Assembly (NCBI GenBank): GCA_043228905.1 | Contig: JBHGNT010000022.1 | Coordinates: 8,990,001-9,054,000, forward strand | Source of the DNA: Azolla caroliniana | Lineage: Eukaryota; Plantae; Polypodiophyta | Direction of reading: 5' to 3' | Length of the DNA stretch: 64,000 nucleotides | In this document: one piece after another, positions 52,880-64,000 of the stretch | Layout: each line of letters begins with the position of its first letter | Position numbering within the stretch: the stretch's first letter is position 1 | Position numbers and translations under genes: made by a program | The notes under the pieces: generated by a model | The model's database searches: none | What the model saw: the letters and a program-made list of their open reading frames with translations, nothing else | Told to the model about the DNA's origin: nothing

Positions 52880-54817
52880 ATGAACAAACAAATGGGAAGC
52901 TCACTCCCTAGCGAAAAGCTAGACCGAAGCAACTATTCATCTTGGGAGTACAAGATGAATCAATACCTTGTCGGCCAAGGGTATTGGAGCTACATCAACA
53001 ACGCACAAGAAAACAAACCCGAAACCACACACGCCAACTACCCAACGTGGGAGCAAGGCGCGAGTCGGGTAATGTATTGCTTGGCAACATGTGTAAATGA
53101 CCACATGCTTAGCCACATTCGTGACGCCAAGACGCCCAAAGAGGTGTGGGAAAATCTCAAGAAGATTTTCGCCGTGGACACATCTGCGCGCAAGCTTCAA
53201 CTCCGGCAAGAGTTGAACAACATACGACAAAAAGAAATGTTCGTGATGGACTACACCGCCAAGATCAAGAGCATTTGCGACTCTCTTGGCTCCATCAACG
53301 TCAACATCGATGAGGACGAGATGGTGCAAGTATGCTTGGGCGGCCTCGCACAACGATTCAACCCGTTGAGAACGGCAATCTTGGCGAGAGATACCCCTCC
53401 CTCGTTCTTCAACCTCCAATCAATGCTATTGGTTGAAGAAAACCACGTTCAACCAAAGACCAACACATCGGAAGGAAAAATGCTCTTCTTCGATACGGAT
53501 GGTGCCCATAGACGAGGTCGACGCGGAAGAGGTCAATTCGACCTATGCCACAAAGGGAATTCACAATTTCGGCAAGGAAACGGAAGCCATCGAGGAACCT
53601 TCACAAGAAGGGGGAGCTTCCATGCCGAACAAGGTCGGCGAACGATGCCACCTACGTGCAACTATTGCGGCAAAATCGGCCATTGCGAAGAGGAGTGCCG
53701 AAAAAGATGAAGCGAGTCGGCTTCAACAAGCCGGCAACTCACAAATTACGCCGCGAACGCGGAATACGCGGACTACGGTGGACTCTTTGTGATGAGGCAT
53801 AGAGCGAACTCTATGATGGCCTCCGATCCCGCAAACTCCGCAAGCACCTCCAACTCTGAACACGCGTGGTTCGTACACTCCAGCGCCTCACACCACATGA
53901 CGTCGCACCAAGAGTGGTTTCGCGACTTGCGAACGCCGGATCGACCCGACTACATAGAGATCGGAGACGACACTCCGCATCCCATTCGGCACATCGGCGA
54001 TGTCCCATTCGGGAAAGAAGACGAGCAAACTTGCATCAAGAATGTCTTGCACGTGCCCACAATAACAAAGAATTTGGTCTCGGTCGGCCAAATCGTGGAG
54101 CAAGGCATGCAAGTCTGCTTCAACAATGAAGGTTGCTTCATCGAGAAAGACGACCGACTCATAGCCAAGGGACGGAGAGACGATCGCTTGTTCATCCTCG
54201 ACTCGAACGAGGTAAAATCGTCCATGTATGCCAAAGGTCTCAAGACCGAGACAAACATCGAGTTGTGGCACAAGTGAATCGGCCACGTAAACCTCCAAAG
54301 GCTTCGCGGAATGCAATCAAAGGGAGTCGTAATCGGACTTCCGGCCTTCGAATCGAAATGAGTCAACCGAGTGTGCGAAGCATGCCAACTCAACAAACAA
54401 CATCGACTCCCATTCCCGAAGGAGAGCTCCGCAAGCAAAGGCCTCCTTGACATAATCCACTCGGACGTATGGGGACCGGCTCAAACGCCGACGCTCAGCG
54501 GATGCCGCTACTATGTCACCTTCATTGACGACCACTCGCGCTACTCGTGGATATACCCGATGAAGAAGAAGAGCGAAGTGCTCTCCCACTTTCAAAGGCT
54601 CAAAAGCCAAGTGGAGAAAGAAACCGGTCGGCACATTTGATGCCTACAATCGGACGGAGGAAAGGAGTACTCCTCCGACGAGTTCACCTCCTATCTCCAA
54701 GGTGAAGGCATTCGTAAAGAATTCTCATGCCGACACACTCCCCAACAAAACGGGGTAGCCGAGAGAAAGAATCGGCAAATACTCGAGGTAACACGCGCCA
54801 TGATGCGTGAGAAGCAC
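52880..54817 (+). pseudogene. Copia gag-protease-integrase with premature stops
   Basis: LDRSNYSSWEYKM, CNYCGKIGHCEEEC, mutated protease AWFVHSSASHHMT, LWHK*IGH, CEAC, IHSDVWGP, FIDDHSR. Several in-frame stops; breaks at 54817. Confidence 0.92.
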
Positions 54818-55238
54818 TGTTACCGGCCGACAAGAAGTCCAAAATACGGAGTGAAGGAATTAATTAAGTATGGTTGTAAATAAGCATAGTATGGACGGAC
54901 GGACTGGAAACGGTATGCCGTTCCAGATCCGGACGGATCCCGAATAGGTGCGATAGGCACCGTTTTGTACTACGGACCGGAAACCTATTTAAAGGCCCGG
55001 AGCCCATTGTAATCGCAACGGATAATTAATAGAGCGTATGGTGTTTATACTTCTGTATTGATTTCCGTTCTGTAATTACTGTTATATCTTACGCGTGTAA
55101 TTAACAAAAGCGCTCTAATCGTGTAACCTACGTAAGTCGGTGTAATCGTTGAGTCATAATCCTATGCCGTAATCACCCTTTGGTGAAGTGTCTCCGCGAC
55201 ACCTTGTGTTAGGCCTTGTCCGGTCAAAGAACAACACA
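54818..55238 (+). repeat. 5' LTR of gypsy element
   Basis: TG start, TATA-like cctatttaaagg near 54984, ends ...AACACA before the PBS. Partner LTR outside the window, so the end is approximate. Confidence 0.75.
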
Positions 55239-55242
55239 GTTT

Positions 55243-55252
55243 TGGCGACCAC
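55243..55252 (+). promoter_or_regulatory. Primer-binding site TGGCGACCAC (non-Met, probably tRNA-Arg)
   Basis: TGG-initiated motif just inside the LTR; tRNA identity inferred from memory of tRNA-Arg 3' ends. Confidence 0.6.
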
Positions 55253-55289
55253 GATTCCTGCTTTCTCGCAGCGAACGACGGCTTAATGG

Positions 55290-58200
55290 ATGACGAGACC
55301 AACGCACGACCTGGTTACAGACCGAGCTCGACGCCTCGCCGAACGGCAAAGACGGCGTGAGACTTTCTAGCAAGCAGCGCACGAAATTCGCTCGGATCGT
55401 TCGTTCTCCAACGAGATCCGGAGAGTCGCGGAGGAATCTCTTCGGTTACAGCAAACTCGCGACCAGGACGGCGGAAGCGGTCTAAGTAGTCTCCGGGAAA
55501 CCGAACGCCTCCTCGAGGCGCTGGCAAGCGGAGAAAACGAGGCAGAAGCCTTTTCAGCCTACGAATCGGATTCCGAAGGGGGATACAGCGTGCACACGAA
55601 CTACCGGAGCAGCAACGATACCCCCGGCGGCCAGGAGGACGACGGGTCGGATACCGTGCCGACTCCAGAACCGGAACCGTTCGACCAGGGCTATCCGGAA
55701 CCGCAAACGGAAGCCGTCAACCCACCAACACCGGAAGTGGAAGAAGCAAAGCCACCGACACCAACGAAAGAGCCGGCGAAGGTACCGGAAGAAGAGCCGG
55801 TGAAGGAACCGGAAAAAGAACCGGAAGAGGAACCGGAAAAAGCACCGGCAAAAGAACCGGAAGTGGAACCGGAGAGAAAACCGGAAAGATATCAACAAAC
55901 GCCACTAAACCGCGGCCTAATACTGGACGACGACATGCCGTTCCAATACTCAAAGTATCGCGATGATCCGGACGCGGAAGCGCATGTTCATGCCTTCGAG
56001 CAGACATGGGAAGCAAATCACGCGTCCCAGCGACTGACACCGGAGGAAGAAGAACGCTCGAAGATAGCGGAATTCGGGGTCACGTTGGAAGGACCAGCGG
56101 CACGATGGCGGCGGACGCAGGACCCGACGACCATCACAACCTTTGCAGAATTAAAAGCAAAATTCTTGCATTTTTTCCACAAGGAGGTCGACCAGACGAC
56201 AATGGTGGGCCTGTTTTATACGATCCGACAGGAGGCAGGGGAAAGCATTCCCCAATTCGTCATCCGTTTCCAACGAATGCATAGCCAGCTTGCCCGTGCA
56301 CCCCCGGAGGAGGAATTACGGACGATATTTTTAAACGCACTCCGGGAACCGTTACGCACGGTGTGTACGGTGATCGACTTTCGAGGAAGCACCATTGACC
56401 AGGTCATTGACCGGGTCAGAGAAATGGAAAAGTCAAGCTCATGGCTTACACTGGGAGCACTGCAACGGGCGTTACCCACCGATGAAGATCTCCGGTTCCG
56501 GCAGGCAATTCAATGCACGATCTGCTTGAATGCCGGACACTCGGCAGTGGAGTGCACCATGCGAACCCAGTGTGTGATTTGTCAATCCAAGAGTCATACA
56601 ACGGACCGGTGCGAGTATAACCTGTTAAACCGACAAGCACCACCCGTCCGACGGATCGAGCCAAGAAGCAGCCGAGACGAAGATGAAGATCGTTGGCAAA
56701 GAATGAACCGGTACCGACCGGCACAGGATGTCCGGTACGGAGACAGACAAGAGAATGATGGCCGGTACGGGGATCAGCATGATAACTACGACCGGTATGA
56801 GCGATCGGACCGTTATCGGGAGTCCAACAGACGACACGAGCAATACGACAGAGACCATTCCCCTGGTTACCGAAGGCACCAGGAGGACTACGGCCGATGT
56901 TACGATCCACCACGACAGGACTACCGAAATAAAAATAAGAATAATAAGAAACGTAATTTCAAGAAAGGTGGTCACACTAGGGACCCGGAACATGGAACCC
57001 CAAGGAGCCAACCGGCACAGAACGCACCACTCACTACGGGACCGACTCCGGCTACCAGCAATGCTGAATCCAACAATACCCGTAAAGAGTACTGCTACTA
57101 CTGCAGGCAGGAAGGCCACTACAGTAACCAGTGCCCGGCAAAGAGCTACGATAAACGACCAGCAGTTAATATGGTGGTTCCGGAAGTGGCGGATGTACAA
57201 CAAGTAACCACACGGTCGAAAGGCATGGCCAAAGAGTGGGAAACACAAGAGGCCATACGAAAACAGGCGACGGAATGGGTGAAGGAAGCCAATGAAAGGA
57301 ACGTCGCGGACGCGGAACGGCAAAAGGCGAATACCATAGGGAGTGCCGGCGGTAGCCCCGCAGAAAACGAGACATGGCAAGCACTGCAAGAATGTCAGAT
57401 CACGTTGCCATTAGGAAGAGTCTTGCAGCTCGTACCGCGATTTACGGAAGGACTAAAAACGGTCATGACAGACGGTATAGCCCCACTGGCACCAGTCCTC
57501 TTCTCGAATCCGGAGGAGGGACCGACGGTGGTGGACACTAGTAGTCCGGTGATTACAGCTATTGTCAAAGGGCACGAACTTCCCGGCACAGTAATCGATG
57601 GAGGTTCCGGGGTGAACGTAATAAGCCTCCGCACGTGTGATGCCTTGGGTATACATGAATGGGAGCCATGTCCATTCTGGCTACGGATGGCGGATACGAG
57701 CTCTGTACGGCCGACGGGCTTAATACGGAAATTGGAGGTCACCATAGGAGGTCACACATTTCACATCTCGGCTGTAGTGCTGCAGCTACAGGCGCAAGGC
57801 GCGTACCCACTGTTGCTGGGCAGACCATGGTTGAAAACAGCACACATCAAGCAAAATTGGCGGAAAAATATGATTACCTTCCGGCGCGGAAAAGCCAAGG
57901 TCCGGGTATCGACACAACCACGGACGAGCAACGGTAAGGAATGCACACCGCTGTATGCGGAATGCGTGAACATGCTTGAAGGGTTGGCAGACGACGAAGA
58001 AGCCCAGTACTTGGAGGAACACCCGAAGATCGTACCACTCTTCGAGATTGACGTAGCTGAAGCCGTAGCGCCATACTTGCCGCAACGGGACGAAACCGAA
58101 GCCGAACCAGACAAAGATTCGATTCGGGAATTACGGCAAGCACAGGAAGCGTTGGAACGGGAAATGGCCATTTCCCAACGGGTAAAAACATCCCAGCTCG

Positions 58201-61160
58201 ACGAAGTGAACCTAGGAAGCAAGGACGAATCAAAGCCGGTACACATCGCCAAAGAAATGAAGCCGGAAGATAAAGCGGCGATGATCAAACTTCTCACGGA
58301 GTTTCGCGACGTATTCGCCTGGTCATATGAAGACATGCGAGGGCTGGACCCTCAATTATATCAGCATCAGATCCACTTAGGCAAGGACGCGAAACCAGTG
58401 GCGCAAAGACGTTACCGAATGAACCCCAACTACGCCGCCAAAGTGAAGGAGGAAATTGACAAACTCCTAAGAGTGGGCTTCATCCGGCCGGTAAAGAAAG
58501 CGACGTGGCTGAGCCCCATCGTCGTCGTCCCAAAGAAGAACGGTAAAATCCGCGTGTGTGTAGATTACAGGAAACTAAATGCAGCCACAATTACAGATGC
58601 ATTCCCTCTTCCGTTCACTGATGGAGTACTGGATGCCGTCGCCGGCCATGAAGTTTATAGCTTTTTAGACGGGTTCAGCGGATACAATCAAATCCGGATG
58701 CACCCTGACGACCAGGAGAAGACAACGTTCGTCACCGAATGGGGGGTGTTTGTGGCCGTAGTAATGATGTTCGGACTAAAAACGGCACCAACAACTTTCT
58801 AGTGAATCATCATGGAGATCTTCGGCGAATACATTCCAGCCTTCATGCAGGTTTTCCTGGATGACTTTGCAGTCTATAGCCGGGAAAAAGACCATTTACA
58901 GCACCTACGGTTATGCCTCGAAAAGTGTAGGTTATACCGGCTAAGCTTAAACCCAGCAAAATGCATCTTTGGGGTTTCAAGTGGAATATTACTGGGACAC
59001 ATTGTAAGTAAGGAGGGCATTGCGGTCGACCCGGACAAAGTAAACGCGATACTAGGGGCACCAGCGCCGAAAACGGCCAAAGCACTAAGCCGATTCTTAG
59101 GACAGATCCGGTGGCACAGCCGGATGCTCCGTCACTTGGCTGACTTGGCTACACCATTACACACCGCGGTACATCGGACACCGTTCCAATGGACGTATAC
59201 GGAGGATAAGGCATACAATGCCCTGAAGGTACTTTTGTCGCAAGCACCCGTCGTGCAGCCTCCGGATTGGAGCAAGGAATTTCATGTGTTCGTTGACGCT
59301 TCCGACATCGCTATCGGCAGCGCCTTAATGCAACTTACGGAGCCTAAATGGTACCGGCCGGTATATTACGCCAGCCGGAAGCTGTCCCAAGCGGAGAAGA
59401 ACTATTCGACGACGGAACGGGAGGCCCTAGGCATGACCTACAGTGTAACAAAGTTTCGTCATTACCTATTGGGAAGGAAGTTCTCCTTTCATGTGGATCA
59501 CTCGGCGCTCCTGTACTTAGTGTCCAAGGCGTCCCTGACCGGTAAGTTGGCCCGTTGGACCTTGCTGTTGCAGGAGTTCGAATTCAAGATCTTCCACCGG
59601 CCCGGTATCCAGCATGCCGTAGCATACTACCTGAGCCGGTTAGAGTCCGGAGAATCAGGCGACGGAGTATCGGATGAATTCCCGGACGCAGAGTTATTCC
59701 GTATCACCCCGGAAACGGCAGCGGACGACACGGTGGCATCAGAAGATAGGTGGCTGACAAACATGCACCAGTTCCTAAGCACGAGCCTGCCACCGGAGGA
59801 AATGAACCGGGACGAGAGGAAACGACTGGCGGTGCAGAGCCGCAATTTCTGTCTGTTACGGGGCACTCTCTACCACAAGGGAGCAGATGGAATATGGAGA
59901 CGGGTAGTCCGTAGTGACGAGAAACAAGTAATCTTACGGGAAGCACACTGTGGGGTTGCCGGAGGACACTATGCCGGGGAAGCGACGGCAAGGAAAGTAT
60001 GGCAGAGCGGCTTATGGTGGCCCACGACGTTAAAAGATGCCGTCAAGTATGCTAAGGAATGTGACCTATGCCAACGAATGGGCCAGCCTACGGAGCAAGC
60101 ACAGATGCCACACCAACCGATACTTCCACTAGAGCCATTCCAGAAGTGGGGGTTGGATTTTGTCGGACCGTTCAAGCCACCGGCAATGAGAACGGGTAAT
60201 CGTTATGTCATCGTGGCAACAGATTATTGCACTAAATGGGTGGAGGCTAAGGCCTTGAGAGACAACACCGCGTCATCCACAGCAAAATTCCTGTACGAAA
60301 ACATTTGGTGCCGATATGGATGTCCGATTGAATTAATCAGCGACCAAGGAGGGCACTTCCTCGGCCAGGTAGTTGAAAGCTTAACAACGTTCTATGCCGT
60401 GGTCCATAAACGGAGCACACCGTACTACCCACAAGCAAACGGGTTAGCAGAGTCAACCAACAAAACGCTCCAGAACATTCTCCGCAAAATCGTCAATGAA
60501 AACCGGACGGACTGGGATACAAAGCTCCATAGCGCGCTATGGGCGTACCGAACGACATACAAAACAAGTATCCGGACAACGCCGTTCCGGTTAGCGTTCG
60601 GCTTAGAGGCGGTCATGCCGGTGGAATTTCAGGTACCAAGCTTACGGATCCAACTACGGGAACGGCTGAATGAAAAGGAGTCGGAGGAAATGCGGCTAGC
60701 AGCACTATGCGAACTGGAGGAGCAACGGCTGGCCAACATCCTACACATGGAACTGGAGCAACGACGACGGAAAGCGTTCGTTGACCGTCACCGGAAAGGT
60801 AATGAAAAGATGTTCGAAATCGGAAAGCCGGTGCTAGTATTCCAAACGAGGATGGGCAAGATGCCGGGTAAACTCCGGTTTAGATGGACAGGCCCGTATT
60901 GGCTGACACGGGAATACAACGGGTCCTATCAGTTAGGGACAGTTGCCGGTGAAGTGCTAGGCAAGTGGGTCAACGGATTTAGACTAAAGCCCTATAAAGG
61001 ACCGATGCCAAATAACCCGTTTATGCAGCCCACCGGCACTATACCGGGAACGGTACGGATGGAAGAAAAAGACGACGGGGAACCCGTAGCAGAGGCGAAG
61101 GAAGACACGGCAACCCGTAAGGAAAACGGTAAGGGTCCGAAGGGACCTACGGATGTGTAA
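55290..61160 (+). pseudogene. Gypsy Gag-Pol in a single frame with three premature stops (55368 TAG; 58800 TAG; 58803 TGA)
   Basis: ATG 55290 is in frame with ORFs 55590..58802 and 58812..61160. Retrotrans_gag-like core, three CCHC knuckles, protease VIDGGSGVN, RT CVDYRKLN/LDGFSGYNQI/FLDD, RNase H VDAS..TTERE..DH, integrase HHCC, WGLDF, SDQG, YPQANG, GPY. Confidence 0.93.
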
Positions 61161-61541
61161 GATCACATACTGTCATTTATAATAATAAAAAAAAAAAAGA
61201 AAAAAGAAGAGAAATCATTAAAAATCAAGGTATGAACGGACGTGAAAGCAAGGAGCGAAAAGGTACGTAGTGGGCATTTAAGAGCCGCCACATTACTTAA
61301 TACTAAATTGGTACACGACGTGCGCATGCTCGAAAAAGGCGCCAAGACGCACAGAGAAAAAGCAGAACGCATGGAGACCTTTTCATTTCGCGAGCCAAGA
61401 AGCACAGAAGCACCAAGGCGGTGGAAGCTTAGCAAACGCGAACCTGCACTCAGAGAACCCCCACGTTCGGAACTCTCTCTCTCTCGCTCTCACTCTCATC
61501 ACCACTCTACCTCGCCATCTTTCCTCGACCTCGAAGCAGAC

Positions 61542-64000
61542 ATGGACCCACAAACGCTGTCGGAAGCGGCCAGGAAATGGCTCAGGCAACACGGACTGGA
61601 TGGGTTCTTGACCATCATGGAGGCATCACCGCACAAAGAAGCCGACCGGGTCATCAAGGAGCTCAACACAGAAGTCATCACCGAGGAAGCGATCCGTGCG
61701 CTAACAGGCCTTCCGGAGGGAGGTATTTTTCAGATCGATAACCCAACCTCGGAGCAACTCATCCGATATTTCGGTGAGTACTCTCTAGCCGGCAAAGGCT
61801 ATCGAACGCAGGGCGGCGAAGATCCGCTATTCAGGGAGATAGCTCGAGTGCTCCATGAGTACGGCCACGTGTACCCCCGACCCCCTGTCATGCCAAAAAA
61901 TCGGGCAGGGATGATCATAGCCACCTATGAAGGGATCAAGGTGGATTGGCCGGTGTTGATTGCAGACGGTTTGTGCGCGGCAATCGACACGGTACGAGGA
62001 AAGGACGGCAATGAGGGCCGGAAGCTGTGGCATGCCGTAGCTCAGTGGATAACATTGCTCGCGCCGCCGGTCGAGACCGTCCAGCCAAAGAAGCGGCCAA
62101 GATTATCGGAAGGAAGCACCTCGAAACCCGCGTCCAAACGACAGCAGCTGCTGGCGTCGAAGGCAACGAAAGGGAAGAAACGGCTCCCAAAACCGGAGGA
62201 GGTGTCACCGGTCCGACCCGTTAAGATAACCATACGGCGACCGGGACAGAAGGAACCGGAACCCTTGACGGCACAGATACATGCCGTTACCCAGGAAGAG
62301 GAAACAGAGGAGCCAGTAGAGCACCTCCAACGACGGTCAAGAAGTAGGACCGCCGGGACAGCGGGGGAGCGTTCGTACCCGCAAAAGGAAGAAACACCCC
62401 CAACTCAACCTGAGCAAACCACAAGGGAGGAACCGGAACCAGTGCGTATAGAACCAGCCTTGTCGACTTCTATACAAGAAGTCATTCCAACGGCTCCGGA
62501 GACGGCGAGAACCGGAACTCAACAGCCGGCGAGCCCAGCCAGCACACACAGCGGCCAAGGAGTAGAACCAGAACGGCAGATACAGGCACTCAGGCCAGAC
62601 AATTCCACAGTGAACGAGCCGACCCGACCAGTACAGCAGCAAGGCACCAGTAGCATGTGGCTACGGTGGGTAGGCGAGCAGATCGCCGGAGCGGTCGAGT
62701 ACATAGAGGCGGAGGAGAGAGCGCACCACGAACGGTTGCTCGTCACAACCGTAGATCTAGAGACGGCCCGGTCCAGAATCCGGAGCCTTGAACAAGACTT
62801 GGACAGGGTCACAAGGGAAATGACTCAATTGGCTTTGACAACACAAGTCCAAGCATCGGTGACTCCGGGCAATGTACAGAATAAAGCGTCAGATCAACCT
62901 GTACATAGCAATCAGACCCCGGCAACGGAAACCGTTCCGGAGAGAAATGCGGCACAAGCCCAAGAGCTTGCGGACTTAAAGGATGAGCTAGCTGCCCAAG
63001 AAGCGCTGAGGAGCCGCGAAAGAGAGTTGAAGACGGCAGCGGAGGCAGAACTCAAAAAGACTGTTGAGAATCTACGCCGGGCCGAGGAGAGCTTACGAAA
63101 AGGCCACCAAGCGTACGACCGGCTCAAGGAGGAAAAGGAGAAAATGCTGCAAGAGAAGGACAGGCTCTGGAGAAACGCCGAAACAGAAGTAGAGCGCCTG
63201 AAAGAGGAACTCCGGCAGCTAAAGGACCGGGAGGACCGGAACCATCGCCAGATCAACGGCAAGCTCAAACAAAAAACGGAGGAATTTGAGCACTTGCACC
63301 GGGAGTATAAACGGTTGCAAACGGAGCACAAGGAACGGACGGATGAGCTCCGACAAGCAGTTGATCGGACCGCAACGGCATACGCTAATGAACAAGCGGA
63401 AACCAGAAGACGGTTGGAAGAGGCGGAGAAGGTTCGGACAGAGCTCCTCAGGCAACAGCATGCGGAAAGAGAAAGAGCGGCGGAGGTACTGCAGAGGCTG
63501 CAGACAACATATCAAGGGCAGCTGACGCGCTACAGAGAGCAGGCGGAGGATACGGCTAATCTCATCAAGCAGTTGAAGGAGGAACGACAAGTTGTGGAAA
63601 GTAGAGCGCAAATGGGAGCAAGTCACATCCAGGATATCATGCGGGCCTGGTTGAACCAGACCAAGAGCTTGATTGACAACGGTTCCGTCAAATGGTGGAC
63701 CAAGTGGGCCCCGAACGCGGCGGAACTCCAATTGCTCCGGGCCGACGTAGAGAACCGGCGGAAGGAGGGAGATGATTGCTATATGCTGACTTCCGAAGAC
63801 TTCACCGGCATAAGAGATGCGCTGGCCGAAGACTTTTAAGCCTTGGCAGAGGACCAACTAGGGCAAGTCCGGCAACTTGTAGCTCAGCTGGACGATGACA
63901 GGCTAGAGGCGCAGATCCAGTTTGAAAGCTACGAGAGGTCCCGGATCCGGGAAGAGAAAGCACGAGAACCAGTAACGGTCAACCTCAGTGATGAGGAACC
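61542..64000 (+). CDS. Additional retroelement ORF: globular N-terminal domain, disordered linker and long coiled coil; one TAA at 63837-63839, frame open again to the window end
   Basis: ORF 61242..63839; likely ATG at 61542 (MDPQTLS). Motifs ITEEAIRALTGLPEGG and GIKVDWPVLIA; E/K/R/Q-rich heptad region; after the TAA the frame reads ALAEDQLGQVRQLVAQL...NLSDEE. Confidence 0.8.

Larger units (their letters stand above)
51726..54817 (+). mobile_element. Decayed Ty1/copia (5' LTR, PBS, gag-PR-INT), interrupted by a gypsy insertion; same family as the old copia at 6649-21916
   Basis: LTR 51726-52166 (TGTTGA...TTAACA); PBS TGGTATCATAGC at 52167 and again at 52704. Shares SSLP and NLVSVGQI segments with the old copia. 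Confidence 0.9.
54818..64000 (+). mobile_element. Ty3/gypsy LTR retrotransposon (no chromodomain seen) with an extra 3' ORF; extends beyond the window
   Basis: Copia integrase frame is cut at TGTTACCGG. LTR about 54818-55238, PBS, then gag-PR-RT-RH-INT and a second long sense ORF. 3' LTR not in the window; predicted TSD AGCAC. Confidence 0.93.

Noticed and set aside
55368-63839. Idea that the TAG/TGA/TAA stops are repaired by fern-type U-to-C RNA editing or readthrough
   Set aside because: Reverse editing is organellar; C>T decay of a methylated nuclear TE explains all four stops.

Overview
Eukaryotic land-plant nuclear DNA. The gene and TE families suggest a seed-free plant such as a fern (inference). 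Four host genes are supported. (1) LSM2 (+, 3 coding exons, 93 aa). (2) An sn-2 glycerol-3-phosphate acyltransferase with a degenerate HAD phosphatase motif (+, 2 exons). (3) CPSF160/CPSF1 (+, 26 exons, one GC-AG intron). (4) A small uncharacterised protein (-) ending in a CaaX box and carrying an RVxF-type PP1-docking segment; its start codon is unresolved. Two nested transposon islands flank the genes. At 6.6-21.9 kb an old Ty1/copia hosts a solo LTR with a 105-bp tandem array, a hAT remnant, a very young 5.3-kb Ty1/copia (604-bp LTRs, about 3 differences, GTTTC TSD, one frameshift) and another LTR fragment. At 50.7-64 kb a gypsy integrase relic is interrupted by a copia, which is interrupted by a Ty3/gypsy element. 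That gypsy carries a long extra sense ORF (PMD/transposon-protein-like head plus coiled coil) downstream of pol and runs off the window. Other patterns are three near-identical 308-537 bp tandem duplications with 1-2 nt junction microhomology, and strong CCGG enrichment in both young retroelements. All coordinates and counts were read by hand.
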